Virus record (IMG/VR): IMGVR_UViG_3300044712_000786
Location: 128,001 to 192,000 of that record
Strand: one strand, 5' to 3'
Origin: a virus
Taxonomy: Duplodnaviria > Caudoviricetes
DNA length: 64,000 nucleotides
Part shown: positions 22,979 through 31,733 of the stretch, one piece after another
How positions within the stretch are numbered: position 1 is the stretch's first letter
How the letters are laid out: each line of letters starts with the position of its first letter
Notes under the pieces: generated by a model
Seen by the model: only the letters and a program-made list of their open reading frames with translations
What the model was told of the DNA's origin: nothing
Databases searched by the model: none
Program-made: the position numbers and the translations under genes

Positions 22979-23034
22979 GAGGATTTCACTCACTTTGTTC
23001 CTTCCCTTTCGTGCCCTACTCGGGAGTCTATCTC
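22979..23034 (-). ncRNA. minimal third copy of the Y-RNA-like scaffold
   Basis: GAGAUAGAC...GGAAC...AGUGAAAUCCUC. Confidence 0.55.
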
Positions 23035-23099
23035 ATTCCACTAGGTTAACCGATTCAAGAGAAGGGGAGCGCACAATGCTGCTCAACCCCTCAAATCAG

Positions 23100-23240
23100 T
23101 AGATAGTTAGTTAACCTCTAAGATTACTTTATCGCCAATCTGGTTCTGCATTATCACAGGCATAACACCAGTTGACCAATCACCTTTTTTGTCGCACTTG
23201 GGAAAGCATGATGGAGTTTGCTTAAACCCAACTCTATCTA
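23100..23240 (-). ncRNA. ~140-nt hairpin-closed RNA at the head of the tRNA operon
   Basis: UAGAUAG/CUAUCUA ends; starts just after promoter 23246-23273. Confidence 0.45.
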
Positions 23241-23245
23241 TCTAA

Positions 23246-23273
23246 ATTCTATCAAACATTTTAACTAAGTCAA
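23246..23273 (-). promoter_or_regulatory. sigma70-like promoter of the tRNA cluster
   Basis: TTGACT-N16-TAGAAT. Confidence 0.6.
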
Positions 23274-23283
23274 CTCAAACCAA

Positions 23284-23310
23284 CAAAAAAGCCCACTCTT
23301 TCGAGTGGGC
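23284..23310 (-). terminator. intrinsic terminator
   Basis: GCCCACUC-GAAA-GAGUGGGC-UUUUUU. Confidence 0.85.
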
Positions 23311-23434
23311 TCCTTATACTATGTTCTCCATCCTACGGCCCACTCAAGATATCTGGATAGAGAAATGACGGTTCCCACCCCGATTGGGTAGAATTCGCGT
23401 CACACACTGTTAAAATACTTTTCACTCTATTTAA

Positions 23435-23462
23435 ATCTTACACGCAATTTCGAAAAATTCAA
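23435..23462 (-). promoter_or_regulatory. sigma70-like promoter driving a ~140-nt sRNA/leader
   Basis: TTGAAT-N16-TAAGAT. Confidence 0.5.
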
Positions 23463-23496
23463 GAACTTTTTTTGAAAATCTTTAAACCATTCAAAA

Positions 23497-23838
23497 TCAA
23501 GATGTTACGGCTAAACTTTTCTTATCTTCTTCCCTGTCTTTAAGGGTTTTCCACGTTTTACCAGTATGTTTTCTCACCCGATTGCACAAATCATCGTAGG
23601 TTTCTTGGGTCCCACCAGCGATAAAGTAACCACAATCGAATTCTTCCTCAACACACATATCATCAATGACTTGCTGTAAAGGAATCCTCATATCACATTG
23701 AAAGACAAGTTCTTCGTTCTCGTAAAGCTCGTGCCATTCCTCGCCAAGCCTCTTAGAGAAATCCCAACTGTAATCATAGCCCAGTTCTTTAAAAAACTTT
23801 GCAAAATCACAATCGGTATTAGTCGTTAGTGGGTTCAT
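23497..23838 (-). CDS. hypothetical protein
   Basis: ORF track. Confidence 0.6.
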   Translation of the reverse strand: MNPLTTNTDCDFAKFFKELGYDYSWDFSKRLGEEWHELYENEELVFQCDMRIPLQQVIDDMCVEEEFDCGYFIAGGTQETYDDLCNRVRKHTGKTWKTLKDREEDKKSLAVTS

Positions 23839-24278
23839 TGTCCGATTTCTTGAACCAGCTTGGCAATCTCAATAGCCCTGCGCTGCTCGGGGCTGACAAG
23901 GGCATTAACGCGCTCTTCCAGCTTGGCTAGCTCATCACGCTTAGACTTGATTCTAAGACCGTTAAGGCGGGTCTGAATGTCGAAAACCCACTGCTCATAA
24001 GTAAACCCAAGCCACTTAAAGGGGGCTTCATTACCTTTTAAGCCTAACGCAGCTAAGGACTGATTATAAGCAGCCGCCTTAAAGGTAAGAAAAGCGTGAA
24101 TTTCCACCAACTGCTCTAGCTCTCTAACGGTCTGTATATTAACGCTAGCATTACTATTTGGGTCAAATCTAAAAGAACAGTTTGTAGCCCAAGAAGGGCG
24201 CTCCGCATTTCCAATTTGTTGCTTCTTATCTTCTACCTTCTTAAGAAGGTCTAGAACCAGCTTGTCGGTATTGTCCAT
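23835..24278 (-). CDS. conserved phage hypothetical protein
   Basis: W.TNCSF...; LEERVNALVSPEQRRAIEI. Confidence 0.7.
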   Translation of the reverse strand: MDNTDKLVLDLLKKVEDKKQQIGNAERPSWATNCSFRFDPNSNASVNIQTVRELEQLVEIHAFLTFKAAAYNQSLAALGLKGNEAPFKWLGFTYEQWVFDIQTRLNGLRIKSKRDELAKLEERVNALVSPEQRRAIEIAKLVQEIGQ

Positions 24279-24282
24279 ATGT

Positions 24283-25431
24283 TTAGTGTAGTAATTCTCT
24301 TAACGACTGAATACATTGCTCTTTGCCGTTTTCAAAAATAATATAAAGATTAAAAAATTTCAAACTCTGCATATATTCGAGGGAATGGGAAGTATTTCTT
24401 TGATAACTTGTCCAGCCAGAGACACGAGGATTTTGTAAAACTTCACCCGTATCTTCTTTAAGACAAGTAGAGCCCTCATTATTTAGTAAGAAGCCCTTAA
24501 ATACATAAGTTCCTTTTCCAGTCTCATTATTAACTTCGTAGCCAGTCTCAACGCTAATACCCGCCTCACCGTAGGTCTTCGAATTTTTATCCCTCAAACA
24601 AAAATAAGTAGAACGTTTCGGGGTGATATAATAATCCCATTTCTTTTCTGTGCTGGGGTCAAAATCAACGGGACGAAACTCATACTTCACGATTTTATTG
24701 GCGTAAGCATGGCTATTAAACTTTTCTACTAATTCAGCTAAATTACTTACGGGAACATCGGAATTAGGCTCCGAAAGAAACTCAACGGAAGTTTTATAAA
24801 AGAATGACTCCCCGTCATTATCTGTAAAAACTAATACTTTTGACTCCTGTCTTGACCCAACTTTTGAGTAATACTTGCCTTTATACTCATACCAATTAAA
24901 GCGCCCAATAAAGATAACGTCCCCCTGTCTCTTAGTCTTGTAAGAGATACCAGCTACCAAATCTTTAGCTTTGACTTTCTTAGCTAATCCAGACGTATAT
25001 TTAACTGCTTTCTGATACTCTTCGCTAGTAGTGGGCAATAAGACTAATTCGGGGCCTACCCAAGCATAAACAAACTGACCGATTAAGCCTCTCTTTAAGC
25101 AGTTAGTATGCATTAAAATACCAATTAAGTTCTCAGTAGTAACCTCGAACTCAAAGCCTCTGGGGTCATGAACCCGAATCATAGTTCGGGTAGAGCTAAA
25201 CCATTCGCCGTTGTAGCGCTTAATATCCTTATTAATCGTAAAGCCTTCTGTAGGAACGTTTTCGAATTCCTCGGGCTCTATCTTTTTGTCTCTCCAAGAC
25301 TCCCAGCTTTTCTCTTTACGGAGCTTACCTTTTTCATCATAATAGATGACGTAAGCAAGCTTACCCGTAAAGGTTCCCTGTCGTTCTTGAAACCCAACTT
25401 TGATTTTGGGCGCTACAAAGACGTTGCTCAT
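24283..25431 (-). CDS. conserved large-phage hypothetical protein
   Basis: KLAYVIYYDEKGKLRKEKSWESWRD...RVHDPRGFEFEV; start moved to MSNVF. Confidence 0.75.
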   Translation of the reverse strand: MSNVFVAPKIKVGFQERQGTFTGKLAYVIYYDEKGKLRKEKSWESWRDKKIEPEEFENVPTEGFTINKDIKRYNGEWFSSTRTMIRVHDPRGFEFEVTTENLIGILMHTNCLKRGLIGQFVYAWVGPELVLLPTTSEEYQKAVKYTSGLAKKVKAKDLVAGISYKTKRQGDVIFIGRFNWYEYKGKYYSKVGSRQESKVLVFTDNDGESFFYKTSVEFLSEPNSDVPVSNLAELVEKFNSHAYANKIVKYEFRPVDFDPSTEKKWDYYITPKRSTYFCLRDKNSKTYGEAGISVETGYEVNNETGKGTYVFKGFLLNNEGSTCLKEDTGEVLQNPRVSGWTSYQRNTSHSLEYMQSLKFFNLYIIFENGKEQCIQSLRELLH

Positions 25432-25772
25432 GTGATAATCAGTCCCTTGCGGAACCAACCAAACTTATTCATTTGCTCTTCGTCAAGAGTAAAAATCTCA
25501 TTACCCTTGCCAATTAAAAGCATAGTACAGTTCTTAGCCCTGAGAGTCTCGCCGTAGCGATTCGCAATTTCGCGCAAAGCCAAAGCTAGATTCACGTCTA
25601 CCTCTTCCGTAGTCATCCTAAGGAAGATAATCGAGTTTTCTTTAATGTCATCGACATTAACTATCTTTGCCACTTCCATCTTCAGAGTTTCGGATAGTTG
25701 AGGCGTTTGTTCAACGACTGCTTCGGGTTTAGCCGCAGGAGTCACAATATCTGTATCGTCTTGTAGTCCCAT
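25428..25772 (-). CDS. hypothetical protein
   Basis: ORF track. Confidence 0.6.
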   Translation of the reverse strand: MGLQDDTDIVTPAAKPEAVVEQTPQLSETLKMEVAKIVNVDDIKENSIIFLRMTTEEVDVNLALALREIANRYGETLRAKNCTMLLIGKGNEIFTLDEEQMNKFGWFRKGLIIT

Positions 25773-25792
25773 AAATTAAAAAAATGAAAAAA

Positions 25793-25872
25793 AGAGCCAA
25801 GCCAGCACTATGAACGGCATAATAACTAACCAAAAAACAATTATTATTATTTTCTCGGATGTACTTGGCTCT
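25793..25872 (-). ncRNA. long hairpin RNA/terminator directly downstream of the Ro-like gene
   Basis: AGAGCCAAGU/GCUUGGCUCU 10-bp stem, ~60-nt AU-rich loop, 3' U tract. Confidence 0.55.
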
Positions 25873-25876
25873 ATGT

Positions 25877-27352
25877 TCACACAGTCACTTTGTTATAGCG
25901 TTCCTGACCAATAACTTCCATCATCGTGTCATAAGGGGTAAAGTTCTTACCCGATAGGACGGTTTTAAAGATAGAGGGAGAGAAACCACTAACTAAGGTT
26001 GCTCCGCGCTCATCCATTTCAACGGGCGATTGACCCGTATTAACTCTAGCGTCCAAGTTCCAAAATACAACATGAGGAACCTTGTATCCAGCCTTATCAA
26101 ACTTTTGCTTGATAGTCTCGAAATTACTCTTGCTATTATTGTCGCAAGCCTTATCGAACTGCATATCAGACAGGATATACAATACGTCAGGCATTTCCTT
26201 CTTAGGAACCTTATTCGCTACAGCAGCATTCAGAATCAAATCAAACGCAGCCTGTAAGTTAGTGTTTCCACCCCAAGGGGCACGCATTACGTTCAAAACC
26301 CGCTCAGTTAAAGAACTTCCTTGCACTTGCAATAAGCTAGGGCTAGCCTCGAAAGTAATGAAGTGATTCTTGAAGAAACCCTCAATTCTTTCTGCCATAT
26401 AGATGCCTAGACCAACACTAACCAACATCGGCTGTCCAGCCATAGAACCCGAAACGTCTACCAAGCAGAGACCATTGTGAGGATTCTCTTCTAAGTAGTT
26501 AGGCAAAGCCCTCCACTGCAACTCAACAGTAGGGTCTACTCCAGACTGAGCCTTTTGGACTAGCTCATGAGGATATAGCACAGACGCATTAATCTTAGCT
26601 TCGCCCGTAGCTACCTTACCAAGGTAAGCAGTATAGCCAATCGGGTCATGCTTGCCGAAAGCCTTTCGATAAATCATGCTGGCGCGAGAAGGAACAGACT
26701 CATAGTCAATCTCGTTCCAATTCTTGGAAGACATCTTTACTTCAACCACGTTAAGGTATTTCCTTAAGGAAGTAAGCATCTTGCGATAAGTCTTAGGAGA
26801 CATATCCAAAGCCTTCATAAGCTTCTTAGCAATAAGAGCCTCCGAAGAACCCTCAGAAGGCATCCACTTAGCCAACAGGGAAATAGCTTCCCCCTTCTTC
26901 ATAAGCTTCAAATCAGCTTTAACTTGCTTAACTAAGAACGAGGTAACTTCATCCTCTACCTTAGTGCCAAATAAGCAAAAAAGGTCATCAAAACGACCAA
27001 ATTCGGCTACATTAGCCAAGTTTCGAACAACAATTTTGGGATTGTTATTCGCCAACCAGCTTAGCATAGTGCGAAAAGCCTTGCGTTGTCCTTGACCCCC
27101 GCGAACATCACGGAAGTAAAAGGCAATCTTAGTAGCTAGCAACTTATCTTCGTTGAAAGCGTTGGAGAATAAGCTCAGAACATTAGCTTCGGGGGTATTT
27201 CGCAATGCGCCACCCAAGGCAAAGAAATCAACCAAGCTGCTCTTAGAAGTCGAAGGAGTGATAGCTCCATTTTCGGTTTGAGTCATAGTGTGAATCTTAG
27301 TAACGGTCTTAGGTGCCTTACTGTTCTTAATAGCTTTAATTAGTTTGCTCAT
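25877..27352 (-). CDS. DUF2828-type TROVE/Ro60-like protein with C-terminal vWA domain
   Basis: TENGA..LVDFF..., FYFRDVRGGQGQR, LLAKWMP, KINASVLYPHELV, MIDAS DVSGSM, ILSDMQFD, FWNL. Confidence 0.85.
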   Translation of the reverse strand: MSKLIKAIKNSKAPKTVTKIHTMTQTENGAITPSTSKSSLVDFFALGGALRNTPEANVLSLFSNAFNEDKLLATKIAFYFRDVRGGQGQRKAFRTMLSWLANNNPKIVVRNLANVAEFGRFDDLFCLFGTKVEDEVTSFLVKQVKADLKLMKKGEAISLLAKWMPSEGSSEALIAKKLMKALDMSPKTYRKMLTSLRKYLNVVEVKMSSKNWNEIDYESVPSRASMIYRKAFGKHDPIGYTAYLGKVATGEAKINASVLYPHELVQKAQSGVDPTVELQWRALPNYLEENPHNGLCLVDVSGSMAGQPMLVSVGLGIYMAERIEGFFKNHFITFEASPSLLQVQGSSLTERVLNVMRAPWGGNTNLQAAFDLILNAAVANKVPKKEMPDVLYILSDMQFDKACDNNSKSNFETIKQKFDKAGYKVPHVVFWNLDARVNTGQSPVEMDERGATLVSGFSPSIFKTVLSGKNFTPYDTMMEVIGQERYNKVTV

Positions 27353-27362
27353 ATTTTTATCC

Positions 27363-27423
27363 GAGACGCATTTTGTATGCGAGGTTTGTTAACCTTGTTT
27401 TTTTAGTTTGCTGTTAGCGTCTC
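27363..27423 (-). ncRNA. stem-ACAGCAA hairpin in the leader of the Ro-like gene
   Basis: GAGACGC-UAACAGCAA...AUGCGUCUC; ends 10 nt before the ATG. Confidence 0.75.
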
Positions 27424-28038
27424 ATTTTCAATACTAACAGGAATTTTTACTTTGTCAACGGCTTTGCTAGGCCAAAAATACGGTAAATCATCTTTTTCGC
27501 CCCAACCAAACTTTAGATACCAATTCTGGCCAATAGTAATTCCATTCTCACTACAGAAATGCTCTAGTTTCTTAACGTGCATCTGGTCTAGCTTGTTTTT
27601 ATAGGGATAGCCGTTTGCTTCAAGCCAATCGTTTATTTTTTTAATTTTTAATTTCGTCTTGATGGCAGCGCAAACAGAGTCGTAACGTCCCTTAAATAAA
27701 AGCTTACTACGGTGCGAAGAATGAAATCTATCGTCTCCCAACCACCAAGGGGCTATGCCCATCCAAGATTTAGAAACTTCGTTCTTGAAAAATTCAACAT
27801 ATTCTTGGACCTGAATACCCCTGCTAAGAGCTTCCTCCGCAATAGCTTTGCCATAAGAGACAAGAAAGCCTCCATGACCCCTCCACTGGACACAACAAGG
27901 ATGATTCTTCCAGCCCTCGGATTTACCCGTAATAGTGTAGAAAATTTCTTTAGCTTCAAAGACTTGTTTAGTCAGCCTTTGGTTATCGAGGCACTTCGCA
28001 GACTCCGTAAAAGATTCTAGGGGTAAAAACGTATTCAC
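27403..28038 (-). CDS. pyrimidine dimer DNA glycosylase family protein (DenV/MSMEG_6728-like)
   Basis: MNTFLP...CLDNQRL.KQ..E....GW.NHP...W; HRSKLLFK. Confidence 0.8.
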   Translation of the reverse strand: MNTFLPLESFTESAKCLDNQRLTKQVFEAKEIFYTITGKSEGWKNHPCCVQWRGHGGFLVSYGKAIAEEALSRGIQVQEYVEFFKNEVSKSWMGIAPWWLGDDRFHSSHRSKLLFKGRYDSVCAAIKTKLKIKKINDWLEANGYPYKNKLDQMHVKKLEHFCSENGITIGQNWYLKFGWGEKDDLPYFWPSKAVDKVKIPVSIENETLTAN

Positions 28039-28045
28039 TACCCCT

Positions 28046-28073
28046 AATCTAGCGGAATTTTTTGAGAAGTCAA
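28046..28073 (-). promoter_or_regulatory. sigma70-like promoter
   Basis: TTGACT-N16-TAGATT. Confidence 0.55.
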
Positions 28074-28240
28074 GGATTACGGATGTCGAACATACTTACT
28101 TCTATAACGAATTCATTTCTTTTGACAAGAAAAGTATCTTCGTTTTTAACTCCAACGACTTCCCCCGCCCAATCCCCTTCGGGGTCAACAACTTTTACGA
28201 GTTTTCCCAACATGCGGGAATTCGCCTGATTTTTATTCAT
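28070..28240 (-). CDS. hypothetical protein (56 aa, not in ORF track)
   Basis: Manual translation MNKNQANSRMLGKLVKVVDPEGDWAGEVVGV... Confidence 0.5.
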   Translation of the reverse strand: MNKNQANSRMLGKLVKVVDPEGDWAGEVVGVKNEDTFLVKRNEFVIEVSMFDIRNP

Positions 28241-29550
28241 CAGACGTTTTTACACGCTTTTTCTGTATCTAGTAGCCAATTTTTATCTTCGGGAGTAGGT
28301 CCCTTAGAGGTTACTAAGACGGGCGTTTCCAAATAGTTAGCTATAAAACTAATTATATCTGTATTACCCAACTCAACATATTTGGGTTTACTACCATTCA
28401 TTCTCTCGGTAAGGTGGCTTTGATAAGCAATATTGGTAGTAGGAGACGAATGAAGCTCCCACTCAACCTTATCATAATAGCTGAGACATATCTTCCAACT
28501 CTTCTTTAATGAAAGCTTATCTAAATGAGAAATAGCCAAGTAGTCTATCCCCCCATTTACCTCCATACAGTAAGCTAGTAGATTTAAGTCCAGCCAACCG
28601 ACTCTAAATCCACCTTGAAACTCATTTTTCTTGTTAAAATCATCGGGCAAAATATCCGTAAGCTGTTCATCTTCAGTAACTAACGGACCAGCGCCATGCC
28701 GAGTTGTATAAGCCCTCGTAATTCCTATTGTTTTCTTAGGATATGTCCAATCGCATCCCTTCAAAATCTCTTCCGCATTCTTAGAGGTAACAGTAGTCCA
28801 AGTAGTATGAGGAAAGAACCCAAAGTTTTCGTCTATTCCTATCCCTTGTGCCGCTTCGAATATAGGATGTTCGGAAGTTTTGACTAACAAGCCTGACATT
28901 TCATCATCAAGCAAAACAACGCTATTGGCAACGGTTTTATAATTACTTATTAAATCCTCTAAAGACAACTTGAAAGTATTGAAATTCTTATCATTTTTAC
29001 TAACCTTAGAAGCTAGCTCGAACATCCTAGACCTAACTCCTATCAGCTTCTCCATTAGTAAAGTGGGACTCTTAATATCCTTGAACCTCAAAACGAGATT
29101 GGGGTTGCTAAGAAAGTCTTGCATAGTGGCACCAATACCCATGCCGCAAGAACCGTGTCTTCCATCCCCCCGACTATTCTCTAAAATCCTATTATAAGCT
29201 TTATGAAAAGGGGTTGTTATCAAAGCCTCTTCATGAATAAACATTCTCTTGAAGCAATCGGTAATACCCAATTCTTCTAGCTTTTGATTTTCTACCAACA
29301 AGCCAACTGGATTAATTAATACATGTTTTGAAAGCAGGGTCCTAGTTCCAGCTACTAAAGTCCCGCTTCCAAATTGAGAAAAAACATGCGTTTTACCATC
29401 TGATAAAACAACCCTATGAGCACATTGGCTTCCCCCACTATATCTAACTACTAAATTAGACTTGTATTTGCGGACTAGGGAATCTACGAAAGTTCCCTTG
29501 CCACAATCGCCAAATCCACAATCTACCGTTATAAAAGCACAATTAGCCAT
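28240..29550 (-). CDS. purA: adenylosuccinate synthetase-like protein (divergent PurA family)
   Basis: GFGDCGKG, VRYSGG, FEAAQG, TTWT, YTTRHGAGP, FRVGWLD; start moved to MANCAF. Confidence 0.8.
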   Translation of the reverse strand: MANCAFITVDCGFGDCGKGTFVDSLVRKYKSNLVVRYSGGSQCAHRVVLSDGKTHVFSQFGSGTLVAGTRTLLSKHVLINPVGLLVENQKLEELGITDCFKRMFIHEEALITTPFHKAYNRILENSRGDGRHGSCGMGIGATMQDFLSNPNLVLRFKDIKSPTLLMEKLIGVRSRMFELASKVSKNDKNFNTFKLSLEDLISNYKTVANSVVLLDDEMSGLLVKTSEHPIFEAAQGIGIDENFGFFPHTTWTTVTSKNAEEILKGCDWTYPKKTIGITRAYTTRHGAGPLVTEDEQLTDILPDDFNKKNEFQGGFRVGWLDLNLLAYCMEVNGGIDYLAISHLDKLSLKKSWKICLSYYDKVEWELHSSPTTNIAYQSHLTERMNGSKPKYVELGNTDIISFIANYLETPVLVTSKGPTPEDKNWLLDTEKACKNV

Positions 29551-29555
29551 ATTTT

Positions 29556-29591
29556 TAAAAAAGGGCGGGTCTCTTTCGAAACCCGCCCCCA
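29556..29591 (-). terminator. intrinsic terminator between vWA and purA-like genes
   Basis: GGGCGGGUUUC-GAAA-GAGACCCGCCC-UUUUUU. Confidence 0.75.
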
Positions 29592-29619
29592 CCAACATGC
29601 ACAACTAACCCAACCTCTA

Positions 29620-30627
29620 TTACACGCGGGTAACAGAATCTTTTTTAGTGCCCTTGGGCAACTTACCAGAGACTTTAGCAACTTTTTTAACCGACTTGCT
29701 GCTAGTAACCTTAGCCAAGGCTGAAGAAGAACGGTCAACCGCTCCAGCATCAGCACCAATATCCTTAAGGTCATCCTTGATATCCTTGATATCATATCCT
29801 TCGGATAATCCGATTGTAGATACGATAAACTCAACAATATCTTCAGGGGTAGCCAATTTGAGGAAGTTCTGACCCATGAGTTTCTTCATGGTGTCATTGA
29901 CATGCTTGTTATTGAAGTAGCTTCCTCCTTCGGGCATAATCCAAAAAACCTCATACTTCTGTTGAAGCTCTTGGAGAATACTCTCTGTCGAAATTGCTTC
30001 GCTTACGTCATCCCCAATGATAGACTTAATCTCAGTATACTTGACTTTAGCGTAAGGAGTTTCGTCCCCTATGATAAAAAGATATCCCTTGTCTCCACGC
30101 TTCTCTAAACAGTCAAGTTCGGTATGGCGAGCCATGTAATACATAGCTAGTTCATAGCTTTCTGTTTGCTGACCGCCTCCACCCCCTTCTTTATAAATCA
30201 GGGTTAGCCAATCGACCATTTCATTTCCCGCCTCGAATTGGCCAATCTGGAGAGGCGCAGCATCACAAGTGGCGTCACCAATAGCCCCAAATAGAATTTG
30301 AGGGTCCTCTACGTAGCCCTTTTTAACGAGGGCAGACATAAGAGAGTTAAGCTTGGTGGAGAAAAGAACAGGTAAAGTATTCATAGAGCCCGTTACGTCA
30401 AATAGCACGGCTATAGCACGGCTATTAGGGTGCTCTTTACTATCCCTTGACTCTCGAACGTTTTTACCCGCCGAATTTAACTTCGAAGGGTCTAATTTTT
30501 CGTGAACAGCCGCAGCAGCCTTACCGCTCCGAATGTCGCTGTCATGAGTAAACATATCTGTTCCAGTAGAGCTATGATAGCTCACTCTTGCAGTATATGT
30601 ATCACCGTCATATGATGTATGTCCCAT
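29620..30627 (-). CDS. vWA domain protein (MG.tsY-type)
   Basis: FDVTGSM, AIGDA..D..PLQ.GQFE, GGGGGQ..ESYEL, FIIGDE. Confidence 0.85.
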   Translation of the reverse strand: MGHTSYDGDTYTARVSYHSSTGTDMFTHDSDIRSGKAAAAVHEKLDPSKLNSAGKNVRESRDSKEHPNSRAIAVLFDVTGSMNTLPVLFSTKLNSLMSALVKKGYVEDPQILFGAIGDATCDAAPLQIGQFEAGNEMVDWLTLIYKEGGGGGQQTESYELAMYYMARHTELDCLEKRGDKGYLFIIGDETPYAKVKYTEIKSIIGDDVSEAISTESILQELQQKYEVFWIMPEGGSYFNNKHVNDTMKKLMGQNFLKLATPEDIVEFIVSTIGLSEGYDIKDIKDDLKDIGADAGAVDRSSSALAKVTSSKSVKKVAKVSGKLPKGTKKDSVTRV

Positions 30628-30628
30628 A

Positions 30629-31717
30629 TTATTTTATTTCTAGTTTTCTAAATTTTCTATCACCGTAAAGAGCCGTTAAAATCTTCTGAAAATCCTGATA
30701 TAGTTCCCAAACATCTTGGCTTCTATGCTTATAACCTAAGAAACACGCCTTAAGCAATCCTCTTATAGCCCTCGGAACCGAATTAGGAACCTGTTTCGTG
30801 CTCGGGTCTCCCCCAAGCAGTGCTACCATACAAGTAGCAGCACTATACAAATCATAACCGAAATTTGCTACAAGTCCAGTCAAAATTTCAGGAGCGCAAT
30901 AGTCCTTATAATCAGGGCAGATGGCCCTTATTTTGTCCCCGACTTTGACGGAATGAGACCATCCAACTATAACACCATTATGAACTTCCGTATCGGTTAT
31001 ATCCCCCGACTTGATAATAATATGCGATGGATTTAATGCCCCGTGGACGACGCCAGCTTGATGAGCACAGAGCAAACCAGACAGAGTTCTATTAAACATC
31101 CAAGCAGCATCCCTAGGGTCAATCCCATTAGGGTAGTTGTCCAGAACTTTTTGTAAAGAGTAGTAGCCTTCATGCTTATCTAAAACGTTAACTTGTAATT
31201 TGACTTTATTTGAATCTTCTAATACAAATGAATCTCTTAGAACGGGAATATGTCTTAATACCTTTAAATCTTTAGAGGGCGACTCATTCCTTATCCAGTT
31301 TAGGATACTTGCCTCGTTGCGAAGCAAATCATTACTAGATGGGCTACGAGAAATTTTAACCAAAACCCCCTGCTTAGTATCAAAAATATCTGAAATATCC
31401 CCCGACTCGAAAAGAGTGGTAATGTTGTAAGTGCTTGTTTTGGAAGATATTACGACTTCTTCAGAAAGGACATTCTTATTTCCATAAGTACCATCCTTTA
31501 CTTTTTGTTCGGCTTGTTCTAAAAACTTACCCAAAAGAGTAAAAGCTTCATGCGCGAGATTTTTATCTGAGCATAAATCAGGATGGACTTTTTTAGCCCA
31601 ATCTCTATAAGCTACATCTAGCGACTCATTCTGTGGGACTTCCAATTCCCCAAATACATCCTCAGGGCAGGTTGCCTTTTGAAGGTCTTTGAATAATTTT
31701 TTGACTTTAGCAGACAC
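30629..31717 (-). CDS. J-domain plus kinase-like (probable pseudokinase) protein
   Basis: AKKVHPD; LRNEASIL; VVHGALNPSHI; YCAPE; DLYSAA. Confidence 0.8.
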   Translation of the reverse strand: MSAKVKKLFKDLQKATCPEDVFGELEVPQNESLDVAYRDWAKKVHPDLCSDKNLAHEAFTLLGKFLEQAEQKVKDGTYGNKNVLSEEVVISSKTSTYNITTLFESGDISDIFDTKQGVLVKISRSPSSNDLLRNEASILNWIRNESPSKDLKVLRHIPVLRDSFVLEDSNKVKLQVNVLDKHEGYYSLQKVLDNYPNGIDPRDAAWMFNRTLSGLLCAHQAGVVHGALNPSHIIIKSGDITDTEVHNGVIVGWSHSVKVGDKIRAICPDYKDYCAPEILTGLVANFGYDLYSAATCMVALLGGDPSTKQVPNSVPRAIRGLLKACFLGYKHRSQDVWELYQDFQKILTALYGDRKFRKLEIK

Positions 31718-31733
31718 TACCCAAGTCTAGCAA

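Noticed and set aside
23284-23435. T-box riboswitch
   Set aside because: Only a loose GGGUGG..ACCG resemblance; no Stem I with specifier loop or AG/GA motifs seen.
28240-29550. PurZ (2-aminoadenine Z-genome pathway)
   Set aside because: The catalytic Asp of PurA is retained (GDCGKG, not GSxGKG), and no DatZ/MazZ neighbours were seen; context is the vWA/kinase module.
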